A stretch of DNA of 24,000 bases from Gammaproteobacteria bacterium (GTDB lineage: Bacteria > Pseudomonadota > Gammaproteobacteria > PS1 > Pseudothioglobaceae), in NCBI GenBank assembly GCA_965222825.1, contig OZ244964.1, positions 1,263,304-1,287,303 on the forward strand, read 5' to 3'. The notes under the pieces were generated by a model, which made no database searches, was not told the DNA's origin, and saw nothing but the letters and a program-made list of their open reading frames with translations. The translations under genes and the position numbers were made by a program. Each line of letters starts with the position of its first letter. Position 1 is the first letter of the stretch. This document shows, in pieces, positions 1 through 8,883 of the stretch.

Positions 1-189
1 GCAATAAAAATAAACATCAATAAGGCAATTAAAAGAACCCCTAAATATAAAGTAACAGGCGTGCCAGCATTTGTGATAAACGGTAAATATACAACTAGCG
101 TAAAAGAAGCAGGCGGCTATAAAAAATTATTTAAACTAATTGACTACCTAGTAAATAAAGAAGCAACAAAAATTAAAAATAAAAGATAA
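1..189 (+). CDS. dsbA: DsbA-family thiol:disulfide interchange protein, C-terminal fragment (5' end lies outside the window)
   Basis: Frame 1 is open from base 1 to TAA at 187-189. The translation ...KYKVTGVPAFVINGKYTTSVKEAGGYKKLFKLIDYLVNKE... resembles the conserved GVPAxxxNGKY C-terminal segment of DsbA. Confidence 0.55.
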   Translation, partial: AIKININKAIKRTPKYKVTGVPAFVINGKYTTSVKEAGGYKKLFKLIDYLVNKEATKIKNKR

Positions 190-315
190 AGAAACACAAT
201 ACCTAATTATTTAAAAAAAATGTAGCATACACCTATTCCCACAAGTTGTGCTTTAGCTTGTTTTATCTGTCATCTCTCCTCTGTATTACACTGAAACAGC
301 CTGTTGCGTAAGCAC

Positions 316-441
316 TCAGGCGGAATGATTTGTTAAGTGTTTTTTATGGCTTGGAAATTTATGATTAACTGATTGATATACAATAGTAACCAGCCCACCA
401 ATAAAAATAATAACTGCCAACATAAATAAATATTCACCCAT
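316..441 (-). CDS. Unannotated 41-aa single-pass membrane mini-protein (MGEYLFMLAVIIFIGGLVTIVYQSVNHKFPSHKKHLTNHSA)
   Basis: Hand translation of the minus strand. ATG at 441-439 is preceded by AGGAG with about 7 nt spacing, and the stop is TGA (tca at 316-318). It has one hydrophobic helix and a basic tail. It falls below the ORF-track length cutoff. Confidence 0.45.
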   Translation of the reverse strand: MGEYLFMLAVIIFIGGLVTIVYQSVNHKFPSHKKHLTNHSA

Positions 442-486
442 AATTACAACTCCTCTAATCTATCAAGACATTTAAAAACTCTTTTG

Positions 487-654
487 TTAATAATAACTGT
501 TATTATAATAACAACAAAAAACACTAATTAAACCTAGAATTAACAATACAGGTTTTGCTGAGGTATAATTTTGAGCAAACCACGCTAATAAAGATATACC
601 AGATACAATTAAAACAGCAAAAGCAACTTTATACCAGCCTATTTCCTGTTCAAT
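487..654 (-). CDS. Unannotated ~55-aa two-helix membrane mini-protein with no canonical start codon (possible ATT start)
   Basis: The minus-strand frame is open for 59 codons from an upstream TAG, about 55 of them from the proposed ATT start: IEQEIGWYKVAFAVLIVSGISLLAWFAQNYTSAKPVLLILGLISVFCCYYNNSYY, with stop TAA (tta at 487-489). AGGAG at 665-661 lies 6 nt upstream of ATT at 654-652. There is no in-frame ATG, GTG or TTG. Confidence 0.3.
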   Translation of the reverse strand: MEQEIGWYKVAFAVLIVSGISLLAWFAQNYTSAKPVLLILGLISVFCCYYNNSYY

Positions 655-772
655 TATTTTCTCCTAGGACATAGATTAATTTTAGCATAATTTTCTCTTT
701 AGTTTAATATTTTATAGTTTAATTTCAGCCTAATTATTTTTATAAAATTTTCTTGCAAAAGTAACAAAAGGC

Positions 773-778
773 TATAAT
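773..778 (+). promoter_or_regulatory. Candidate -10 box (TATAAT) for thiD
   Basis: A consensus TATAAT lies 31 nt upstream of the thiD ATG, with TTGCAA nearby but at suboptimal spacing. AT-rich DNA produces such hexamers by chance. Confidence 0.25.
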
Positions 779-808
779 ATTAGACTATTAAATAATATAT
801 AATTTAAA

Positions 809-1561
809 ATGTCTAGTATATTAGTATTATCAGGATTAGACCCAACAGGTGGTGCTGGGCTGAGTGCTGATATTGAGACTATGGCACAAATAGGGGTAAA
901 CGCTCTGCCTATTGCCACTGCTATTACCGTGCAAAATAGCACAAATTTTATCTCATCAAATGCTATTGCTGTTGATATTATTAAAGCCCAAATTAAGCAC
1001 CTAGCACAAGATATTAATTTTAAAGCTATAAAAATTGGCTTATTAGCAAATGAAGAGCAAATAAGTACTATTATTGAAATTGCAAAAACCTATAAACACT
1101 TACCAATAATTTTAGACCCAATAATAATAACTAGCACTAATAAACAATTATTGACAAAAAGTGCTATAAATAGACTAATATATTTAGTAAATATAGCAAC
1201 TGTTATTACCCCTAATATGGCTGAATTGCAAATACTAACAAATACTAAAAACGAGCAAATAGCAATTAGTAAACTAAAAACAGATTGGATATTATTGACT
1301 AAAACAGATATATCAAAGACAATAATTAACCATCAACTTTACTATAAAAATAAAGTGTATAAAACATTTTCTTATAACAAAATAGCCGCTAATTTTCACG
1401 GCTCTGGTTGCACTCTTAGCTCGTCTATAGCAAGTTATGTAGCCAAGGGTAATAAAATAGACAAAGCTTGTGAGTTAGGTTTAGACTATACCTATAAAAG
1501 CCTACTGCCTAAATATAAAATTGCTAAAAATCAGTTTCATCCACAAAGAATAAATTTATGA
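809..1561 (+). CDS. thiD: Hydroxymethylpyrimidine/phosphomethylpyrimidine kinase
   Basis: The N-terminal LSGLDPTGGAGLSADIET motif and the C-terminal GSGCTLSSSIA motif are typical of ThiD (PfkB/ribokinase fold). The gene overlaps hisC by 4 bp. Confidence 0.85.
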   Translation: MSSILVLSGLDPTGGAGLSADIETMAQIGVNALPIATAITVQNSTNFISSNAIAVDIIKAQIKHLAQDINFKAIKIGLLANEEQISTIIEIAKTYKHLPIILDPIIITSTNKQLLTKSAINRLIYLVNIATVITPNMAELQILTNTKNEQIAISKLKTDWILLTKTDISKTIINHQLYYKNKVYKTFSYNKIAANFHGSGCTLSSSIASYVAKGNKIDKACELGLDYTYKSLLPKYKIAKNQFHPQRINL

Positions 1562-2616
1562 TAGATAATTGGTTAAGAAAGGAGGTGTATAATTTAGAGC
1601 CCTATAAAGTGCTAGATAGTGAGGGCTTTATTAAGTTGGATGCTATGGAGTTTCCTTATGATGTATCTATTAGGTTAAAACAAAAATATTTATCTCAAAT
1701 AGAGAAAATAGCACTAAATAGATACCCAGATATAACAGCAAAAACGCTAAATAAAACCATAAAGATGTTATTTAATATTAGCGATAATAATGATATACTA
1801 TTTGGTAATGGCTCTGATGAATTAATTCAATTATTATGTCTATCTTGCAATACTAATGATACAATTATGGGATTTAGTCCTAGTTTTGTAATGTATGATT
1901 TAATAGCAAAATTCACGCAATTACAATACCAGCCCATAGCACTTGATAACAACTATCAAATAAACCTAGAGTGCAGTTTAAAACTAATAGCAAAGCACAA
2001 GCCAAAGATTATTTTTATAGCCTATCCTAATAATCCAACGGGTAATTTATTTAACAAACAAGATATTATAAAAATTATTACAAGTGCTAATTCTTTGGTG
2101 GTAATAGATGAAGCATATTATGTTTATGCAAGTGATAATTTTTTATTAGCACTTGATAAATACCCCAATTTAATAATTATCCGCACCCTATCCAAATTAG
2201 GCTTAGCAGGCATTAGATTAGGATTTTTACTTGCTAATAAAAATATTACTAAGCAATTAAATAAACTACGCCTACCGTATAATATTAATAGCCTAACCCA
2301 AGTTAGTGCTGAGTTTTTTTTAATAAATAGCCTCCAAAATAGAGCACAAATAAAACAAATCATAGCAAGCAGGGAGGATATGATTATTGATATTAATAAA
2401 ATTAATGGCTTGATAGCGTTTAAATCTGAGGCTAACTTTATACTATTTAAAGCCCAAAATGGAAATAAATTATTTAGCTATTTACTAAAAAATAAAGTGC
2501 TAATTAAAAACCTATCCAACCATAAGTGTTTAAATAATCACCTAAGGGTTAGTATAGGAACTACTTATGAAAATAAAATATTTATAAACTTATTACAAAA
2601 TTATGCTAACCAATAA
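1558..2616 (+). CDS. hisC: Histidinol-phosphate aminotransferase
   Basis: Class-II aminotransferase motifs are present: YPNNPTGN, IDEAY and the PLP-lysine region SKLGLAGIRLGF. The length is 352 aa. Confidence 0.85.
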   Translation: MIDNWLRKEVYNLEPYKVLDSEGFIKLDAMEFPYDVSIRLKQKYLSQIEKIALNRYPDITAKTLNKTIKMLFNISDNNDILFGNGSDELIQLLCLSCNTNDTIMGFSPSFVMYDLIAKFTQLQYQPIALDNNYQINLECSLKLIAKHKPKIIFIAYPNNPTGNLFNKQDIIKIITSANSLVVIDEAYYVYASDNFLLALDKYPNLIIIRTLSKLGLAGIRLGFLLANKNITKQLNKLRLPYNINSLTQVSAEFFLINSLQNRAQIKQIIASREDMIIDINKINGLIAFKSEANFILFKAQNGNKLFSYLLKNKVLIKNLSNHKCLNNHLRVSIGTTYENKIFINLLQNYANQ

Positions 2617-3343
2617 AGCACTATCCCACTACCTAGACGAATTATTAGTAGTAAATAGTTTTGATGATTATTGTCCAAACGGCTTGCAAATTGAGGGCAA
2701 GAAAAATATCAATAATATTGTATCTGGAGTAAGTGCTAATCTTAGGCTAATAGAGGGTGCAATAGCTAATAATGCCGATGCAATTATTGTTCATCATGGG
2801 CTTTTTTGGAATAAAGATACTAGAGCTATAACAGGTGCTATGCGTAACAAAATAGCATTATTATTACAACATAATATTAATCTTTATGCTTATCATCTGC
2901 CATTAGACGCCCACAATAAATTTGGCAATAATATTGCTTTGGCTAATTTATTTGCTATAAAAAACCCGCAACCAGTAGCGGGTTCACTATTATGGCAGGG
3001 CGAGTTAAATACTAGCACAGAAAACTTTATTGCTAAACTTAGTAATAAATTAAACAGAAAACCCCTAGTAGTAGGTGCTAAAAAAACAAATATAGCCAAA
3101 ATAGCATGGTGTAGCGGAGGAGCACAAAACTACCTAACAAACGCCATAGCACTTGGTGTTGATGCTTATTTAAGTGGCGAAATATCAGAACAAACTCCAT
3201 ATATAGCAGAAGAAAATAATATTTGTTATATAAGTGCTGGACACCACGCTACTGAGCGTTATGGAGTGCAGTTATTGTCTAAGCATTTAGCAGATAACTT
3301 TCATTTAAAGCATAAGTTTATTGATATTAGCAATATTGTATAA
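2603..3343 (+). CDS. Nif3-family dinuclear metal centre protein (YbgI / GTP cyclohydrolase 1 type 2 homologue)
   Basis: DDYCPNGLQIEG, IIVHHGLFW, YHLPLDAH and SAGHHATERYG are characteristic Nif3/YbgI metal-binding segments. Confidence 0.8.
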   Translation: MLTNKALSHYLDELLVVNSFDDYCPNGLQIEGKKNINNIVSGVSANLRLIEGAIANNADAIIVHHGLFWNKDTRAITGAMRNKIALLLQHNINLYAYHLPLDAHNKFGNNIALANLFAIKNPQPVAGSLLWQGELNTSTENFIAKLSNKLNRKPLVVGAKKTNIAKIAWCSGGAQNYLTNAIALGVDAYLSGEISEQTPYIAEENNICYISAGHHATERYGVQLLSKHLADNFHLKHKFIDISNIV

Positions 3344-3406
3344 TAAATATTACATAGTTATTATAATAGGATGTATAATCTTATTTTTTAAAAAAATTAA
3401 AAGTAT

Positions 3407-3976
3407 ATGGATGCATATATAGAGCAAGAATTTCAAAAACTAAGGGCATTAGAAGAAAAGTCTAAAGAATTACAAGAGTTTAGAAAATTAGTATCCACTA
3501 GCTATGAAAAATCAAACAAAATAGAAATCAGCAACTCATCAACAATACACGCTAATATAGTAGTAGAATATTTATTTAGATTTGCAATAGAAAATAAAAA
3601 TAAAAATGATATGCAAATATTTACTGGTTGTTTAGACGGTAGTTTTTATCATAAATTTACACAAGTAGCTAAATATCTATTAGATCTTGGTAGAAAAATA
3701 ACTATTATTAGTATGAATGAATGCGATAATAGTGATTTTAAAAAAGTTATTGAAGATCATAAAAATAGCAAAATAACTATTGTAGATAAAAAATACATAA
3801 AAGACTTACAAGATATATCGCATTTTATTACAGTAGGTGATAAAGCTTATAGGTCAGAGAGAAATGATTTTTTAAGAACTGCATATGCATCATTTAACAT
3901 GGAAGGTAGGGGTAAGTTTTTAAATGATATTTTTCTTGATATAAAAAATCATATTAATCAAAATATTGCATACTAA
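3407..3976 (+). CDS. Hypothetical protein, 189 aa, with an N-terminal charged helix and an unrecognised alpha/beta domain
   Basis: The ORF is long for its composition. I recognise no family motif. Local GC is far lower than in the flanking genes. Confidence 0.5.
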   Translation: MDAYIEQEFQKLRALEEKSKELQEFRKLVSTSYEKSNKIEISNSSTIHANIVVEYLFRFAIENKNKNDMQIFTGCLDGSFYHKFTQVAKYLLDLGRKITIISMNECDNSDFKKVIEDHKNSKITIVDKKYIKDLQDISHFITVGDKAYRSERNDFLRTAYASFNMEGRGKFLNDIFLDIKNHINQNIAY

Positions 3977-3989
3977 AGCATATTTTAGT

Positions 3990-4265
3990 ATGGATTTTGA
4001 GCAATTTTATAGTATAACAACTACTACCCTAGTTGTTTTATCCTCTGCTACATTAGTTATTTTTCAGTTTTTATTAACTGATATTGATAAAAAAATACAT
4101 CAATTAAATAACCAAGTAGAAAAACTAATATCTCTAAAGTATAATAGTATTGGCGATAGTAATATTGCTATTAATATTACAATTGATAATTTAAGAAATA
4201 AATTTATTAGCAACTATTATTTATATTTATGCCTTTTTATCTTTTATATTAAGATTTATCATTAA
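3990..4265 (+). CDS. Hypothetical small membrane protein, probably frameshifted (an alternative frame continues to 4347)
   Basis: ATG at 3990 (the ORF track starts at TTG 3966). There is one clear hydrophobic helix (ITTTTLVVLSSATLVIFQFLL). The tail ...YYLYLCLFIFYIKIYH looks out of frame, and the +1 frame stays open from 4195 to TAA at 4345-4347. Confidence 0.35.
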   Translation: MDFEQFYSITTTTLVVLSSATLVIFQFLLTDIDKKIHQLNNQVEKLISLKYNSIGDSNIAINITIDNLRNKFISNYYLYLCLFIFYIKIYH

Positions 4266-4346
4266 AAATAGATTATTAAAAGAAGAACTAATTATTACCG
4301 AAAGAAATATTAAAGATATATTTACACATATTGAAGTAAAAAAATA

Positions 4347-5369
4347 ATGAGCAAAAAATACAATATAGCAGTAGTAGGTGCAACTGGTGTAGTTGGTAGA
4401 ACCATAATAGAAATATTAGAACAAAGAGGGGTTCCTGTTGCTAATTTATATCTCTTAGCTAGTGCTAATTCGCTTGGAAAGACAATTCTTTATAAAAATA
4501 AAAATGTCGCGGTAGAGGACTTAGCAGGTTTTGATTTTACTAAGGCAGATATAGCTATGTTTTCAGCAGGGGGTGCAATATCAGAGCAATACGCCCCCAA
4601 ATCAGCACAAGCAGGTTGTATAGCTATTGATAATACATCATTCTTTCGCCGTGATAAAGATATTCCTTTGGTAATTCCAGAGGTTAATTCCAAGACAATA
4701 TCTAATTATAAAAATCGTAATATAATAGCCAATCCAAATTGCTCCACTATTCAAATGCTAGTAGCACTAAAACCTATTTATGACAAGGTTGGCATTAGTA
4801 GGATTAATGTTGCTACTTATCAGGCTGTGTCTGGCTCGGGACAAAAGGCAATTAGCGAGCTAACCGAGCAAACAGCCAATTTGTTAAATGGTAAGGGTAT
4901 TGAATGTAGCGTGTATCCAAAGCAAATAGCGTTTAATGTTATTCCACATATTGATGTATTCCAAGATAACGGTTATACTAAAGAAGAGATGAAAATGGTG
5001 TGGGAGACACAAAAAATATTTAATGATGATAAAATTTTAGTAAACCCAACTACCGTCAGAGTGCCAGTAATATACGGACATTCTGAGGCTGTGCATATTG
5101 AAACCAAGACAAAAATTACTAAAAATGAGGCAATAAGCGTACTAACTAATGCAAGTGGAGTTAGTGTTATTAACAAAGAACAAGATGCAGGCTATGCTAC
5201 TCCATTTGATGATGCTACTAACAAGGACGATGTTTTTGTATCACGAATTCGTGAGGATATATCGCACCCACTTGGGCTAAACTTATGGATAGTTGCTGAT
5301 AATATTAGAAAAGGTGCGGCGTTAAACAGCGTCCAAATTGCAGAAATTTTAATACAAGACTATTTATAA
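4347..5369 (+). CDS. asd: Aspartate-semialdehyde dehydrogenase
   Basis: The NAD(P)-binding N-terminus is VVGATGVVG, the active-site Cys region is NPNCSTIQM, and the length is 340 aa. Confidence 0.9.
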   Translation: MSKKYNIAVVGATGVVGRTIIEILEQRGVPVANLYLLASANSLGKTILYKNKNVAVEDLAGFDFTKADIAMFSAGGAISEQYAPKSAQAGCIAIDNTSFFRRDKDIPLVIPEVNSKTISNYKNRNIIANPNCSTIQMLVALKPIYDKVGISRINVATYQAVSGSGQKAISELTEQTANLLNGKGIECSVYPKQIAFNVIPHIDVFQDNGYTKEEMKMVWETQKIFNDDKILVNPTTVRVPVIYGHSEAVHIETKTKITKNEAISVLTNASGVSVINKEQDAGYATPFDDATNKDDVFVSRIREDISHPLGLNLWIVADNIRKGAALNSVQIAEILIQDYL

Positions 5370-5372
5370 ACT

Positions 5373-5954
5373 ATGATTAGCATATCAAGAAAAACTAACG
5401 AAACAAATATTAAAATAGATATTAATATATACGGCTCTGGCATCGCTAATATTAGCACTGGCGTTGCTTTTTTAGACCATATGTTAGAACAGGTGTCAAA
5501 ACACGGTTTAATTGACTTAAATATTAGTTGTGAAGGCGATACTCATATTGATGATCATCACAGTGTTGAAGATATAGGTATTACCTTAGGGCAAGCATTA
5601 TTAAAGGCACTTGGCGATAAAAAAGGTATTACTCGTTATGGACATTCTTTTGTGCCACTAGATGAGGCACTATCAAGGGTTGTTATTGATATATCAGGGC
5701 GTTCTGGTTTGTATTATAGCGTAGATTTTTCTCGCTCCCATATTGGTAATTTTGATGTTGATTTATTTGCAGAGTTTTTTCGCGGATTTACTAATAATGC
5801 TATGATTAGTTTGCATATTGATAATCTTAAAGGCAATAATTCTCATCATCAGGCAGAAACTATTTTTAAAGCACTAGGCAGAGCATTAAGAATGGCATTA
5901 TCTAAGGATGAAAAAACACTAACTAGCATACCATCAACCAAAGGACTATTATAA
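5373..5954 (+). CDS. hisB: Imidazoleglycerol-phosphate dehydratase
   Basis: [28 protein letters not shown] and [17 protein letters not shown] are typical IGPD motifs. This is the monofunctional 193-aa form. Confidence 0.9.
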   Translation: MISISRKTNETNIKIDINIYGSGIANISTGVAFLDHMLEQVSKHGLIDLNISCEGDTHIDDHHSVEDIGITLGQALLKALGDKKGITRYGHSFVPLDEALSRVVIDISGRSGLYYSVDFSRSHIGNFDVDLFAEFFRGFTNNAMISLHIDNLKGNNSHHQAETIFKALGRALRMALSKDEKTLTSIPSTKGLL

Positions 5955-6584
5955 GTGGCAAAACAAATAATAGCCATAGTTGATTATGCTATGGGTAATA
6001 TCCGCTCTGTTAAAAAAGCACTAAATTTTGTTAGCCCTAACGACACAGTAATAATTACTAATAATAGTGATAAATTATTAGAGGCGGACCGTATAGTATT
6101 TCCCGGTCAAGGTGCTGTGGGTGCTTGTATGGACTATCTTAATAAACACAATTTAATAAATACTATCAAAAAATGCTCAAGTGAGAAACCATTTTTGGGT
6201 ATTTGCTTGGGGCTACACCTACTATTTGATTATAGTGAAGAAAATAATAATACCAAAGGATTAGGAATTATCGCTGGCAAGGCAGTAAAATTTAATGGCA
6301 ATAATATAAAAATACCGCATATGGGTTGGAATAATGTGAAACAAGAGCAAAAGCACAAATTGTGGCATAAGATTAATGATAATGATTATTTTTATAGTGT
6401 GCATAACTATTTTGTTAAACCAGAATCAGAGGCAATAATAACTGCTAGCACAAAATACAATATAAAATTTACCTCAGCAATAGCAAATAAATATATATTT
6501 GCAGTGCAATTTCATCCAGAAAAAAGTCAAAATAGCGGTTTGCAACTGCTAACAAACTTTATTAATTGGAAACCACTACATTAG
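5955..6584 (+). CDS. hisH: Imidazole glycerol phosphate synthase, glutamine amidotransferase subunit
   Basis: A GTG start directly follows the hisB stop. IAIVDYAMGNIRSV, the nucleophile elbow GICLGLHLL and FAVQFHPEKS are typical class-I GATase / HisH motifs. Confidence 0.88.
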   Translation: MAKQIIAIVDYAMGNIRSVKKALNFVSPNDTVIITNNSDKLLEADRIVFPGQGAVGACMDYLNKHNLINTIKKCSSEKPFLGICLGLHLLFDYSEENNNTKGLGIIAGKAVKFNGNNIKIPHMGWNNVKQEQKHKLWHKINDNDYFYSVHNYFVKPESEAIITASTKYNIKFTSAIANKYIFAVQFHPEKSQNSGLQLLTNFINWKPLH

Positions 6585-6666
6585 ATAAAAGTAACGGTTT
6601 ATCGCATAATATCTATAAATAATTGTTATAAAATTATATTTTTAATGTTTAATCAGAGCATACTTA

Positions 6667-8457
6667 ATGAAACATATTCGTAATTTTTCTATTATTGCTC
6701 ATATTGACCATGGTAAATCTACCATAGCAGATAGGTTTATTGATTTTTGTGGCGGATTGTCAGACAGAGAAATGTCAGCACAAGTATTGGATTCTATGGA
6801 TATCGAAAAAGAACGAGGTATTACTATTAAAGCACAAAGTGTAACCCTAGATTATAAGGCTGATAATGGCAATATCTATCAACTAAATTTTATTGACACC
6901 CCAGGACATGTTGATTTTTCTTATGAAGTATCTCGTTCATTATCTGCCTGCGAGGGTGCTTTATTGATAGTAGATGCTTCACAAGGTGTAGAGGCACAAA
7001 CTGTTGCTAATTGTTATACTGCTATTGATGAAGGCTTAGAGGTAGTGCCAGTATTAAATAAAATAGACCTAATAGCTGCTAATCCTAAAAAAGTTATAAA
7101 AGAAATAGAAGATATAATTGGTATTGATGCACAAGATGCAGTATGTGCTAGTGCTAAAACTGGAGTAGGTATTAAAAATATTTTAGAACAAATTATTACC
7201 AAAATACCCCAACCTAAGGGTAGTATTGACAAACAAGTCAAGGCATTAATTATTGATTCGTGGTTTGATAATTATCTAGGAGTTGTATCACTTATTAGAA
7301 TAATTGATGGCGAATTAAAGACAAAACAAAAAATTCAAGTTTTTTCTACTAAGAAAATTTATACCATTGATGAGATTGGTATATTTACTCCTAAAAAGAA
7401 AGCTATATCTAGCTTAAAAGCTGGCGAGGTAGGTTATTTAATAGCTAATATTAAAAAAATTGACGGTGCTCCTGTGGGGGATACTATAATAGCAGAAAAA
7501 AGCACTATTGCCAAAGCTATATCTGGTTTTAAGCCCATACAACCTAGAGTTTTTGCTGGGCTTTTTCCAATTAGTGCCGATGATTATGAAAAATTTCGTA
7601 ATGCCCTAGCTAAGCTGCGTCTAAATGATGCAGCATTACAATACGAGCCTGAAAATTCTGATGCCTTGGGATTTGGGTTTCGTTGTGGTTTTTTAGGTTT
7701 ATTGCATATGGAAATTATCCAAGAAAGATTAGCAAGAGAATATAATATAGACTTAATAACAACAGCACCAACGGTTGTTTATCAGGTATTAGATGCTAAA
7801 AATAATATTTTAGTAGTTGATAGTCCATCAAAATTACCAAAAGGAAGGAAAATATCAGAATTTAGAGAGCCAATAATTCTAGCCAATATTTTAGTTGTTG
7901 ATGAGTTTGTAGGTGCTGTTATCAAATTATGTATTCAAAGGCGAGGTGTGCAAAAAAATATTCAATATTTAGGCACTCAAGTAGCCATTAGTTATGAATT
8001 ACCCCTTAATGAAGTAGTATTAGATTTTTTTGATAAATTAAAATCAGTAAGCAAGGGTTTTGCGTCTATGGATTATGAGTTTTTATGCTATAAAAGTGCA
8101 AATTTAACTAGACTTGATGTAATGATAAATGGCGATATAGTAGATGCACTAGCACTTATTGTCCATAGTGATAACGCTATTTATAAAGGCAGAGAATTAG
8201 TAAAAAAAATGCAAGAATTAATACCAAGACAAATGTTTGATGTTGCTATCCAAGCTTGTATAGGCAGTAAAATTATTGCTAGGGCAAATGTTAAGGCATT
8301 ACGCAAAAATGTTACCGCTAAATGCTATGGCGGTGATGTTAGTAGAAAACGCAAATTACTAGAAAAACAAAAAAAAGGCAAAAAACGAATGCGTTCAATA
8401 GGTAAGGTAGAAGTGCCACAACAAGCTTTTTTAGCGGTATTACACATAAATGATTAA
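6667..8457 (+). CDS. lepA: Elongation factor 4 (translational GTPase LepA)
   Basis: [28 protein letters not shown] and NKID are the G motifs. The characteristic LepA C-terminal domain ends ...[13 protein letters not shown]. The length is 596 aa. Confidence 0.95.
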   Translation: MKHIRNFSIIAHIDHGKSTIADRFIDFCGGLSDREMSAQVLDSMDIEKERGITIKAQSVTLDYKADNGNIYQLNFIDTPGHVDFSYEVSRSLSACEGALLIVDASQGVEAQTVANCYTAIDEGLEVVPVLNKIDLIAANPKKVIKEIEDIIGIDAQDAVCASAKTGVGIKNILEQIITKIPQPKGSIDKQVKALIIDSWFDNYLGVVSLIRIIDGELKTKQKIQVFSTKKIYTIDEIGIFTPKKKAISSLKAGEVGYLIANIKKIDGAPVGDTIIAEKSTIAKAISGFKPIQPRVFAGLFPISADDYEKFRNALAKLRLNDAALQYEPENSDALGFGFRCGFLGLLHMEIIQERLAREYNIDLITTAPTVVYQVLDAKNNILVVDSPSKLPKGRKISEFREPIILANILVVDEFVGAVIKLCIQRRGVQKNIQYLGTQVAISYELPLNEVVLDFFDKLKSVSKGFASMDYEFLCYKSANLTRLDVMINGDIVDALALIVHSDNAIYKGRELVKKMQELIPRQMFDVAIQACIGSKIIARANVKALRKNVTAKCYGGDVSRKRKLLEKQKKGKKRMRSIGKVEVPQQAFLAVLHIND

Positions 8458-8827
8458 AAATATTATTTGCTAAGAGACTGTTTCAACGGAACTTCCACAA
8501 AATATACCTTATAAAACAAACACTTTTTAAAGTATTTTCAAGAACTTACACGGTAAAATATAAATGACATTGCTTGCCTACAAAATTAAATAAAATTACT
8601 ATAAATATTTGTTTTTATTTCATATATATTATATTTAACAATAAAAAATAATTTATGTGTTTTACCATCAATAATACAAGAGTTTATATATTTATAAAAA
8701 ATAATCCCTATTGCTTGCTTACAAATGACAAGTGATATTATAGCGATATAGTAGATACAGTAAGGGTTTTAGGGATTTTTAGGTTAGAAAGTTCCGTTTC
8801 AATGTGCAAAGAATAAATAAAAATCTG

Positions 8828-8867
8828 CTCACTATGTGTGTAGCACTGCTTATAGATGAGTTTTTTT
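8828..8867 (+). terminator. Intrinsic terminator-like hairpin plus T7 run, about 370 nt downstream of the lepA stop
   Basis: CTCACTAT (8828-8835) pairs with ATAGaTGAG (8852-8860) with one bulged base. TTTTTTT follows at 8861-8867. Confidence 0.45.
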
Positions 8868-8883
8868 ATTTAAATGTTCGTGT

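Noticed and set aside
661-808. A TPP (THI-box) riboswitch upstream of thiD.
   Set aside because: There is no CTGAGA/ACCTGA-type conserved core and no GC-containing helices. The leader is short and almost pure A/T.
3362-3379. Two consensus TATAAT hexamers upstream of the orphan ORF at 3407, and a TATAAT at 16882-16887 upstream of the M16 gene.
   Set aside because: There are no convincing -35 partners, and such hexamers are frequent in DNA of this composition. They are not reported as promoters.
3830-3900. A PLD/HKD catalytic motif in the 189-aa orphan protein (HFITVGDKAYRSE...ASFN).
   Set aside because: The Lys of HxK is absent and the spacing to Asp is wrong. It is only a loose resemblance, so no PLD call is made.
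8480-8802. GTTTCAA-containing repeats as possible CRISPR repeats.
   Set aside because: There are only two copies, about 310 bp apart and with mixed orientation. There is no regular repeat-spacer periodicity and no cas genes.
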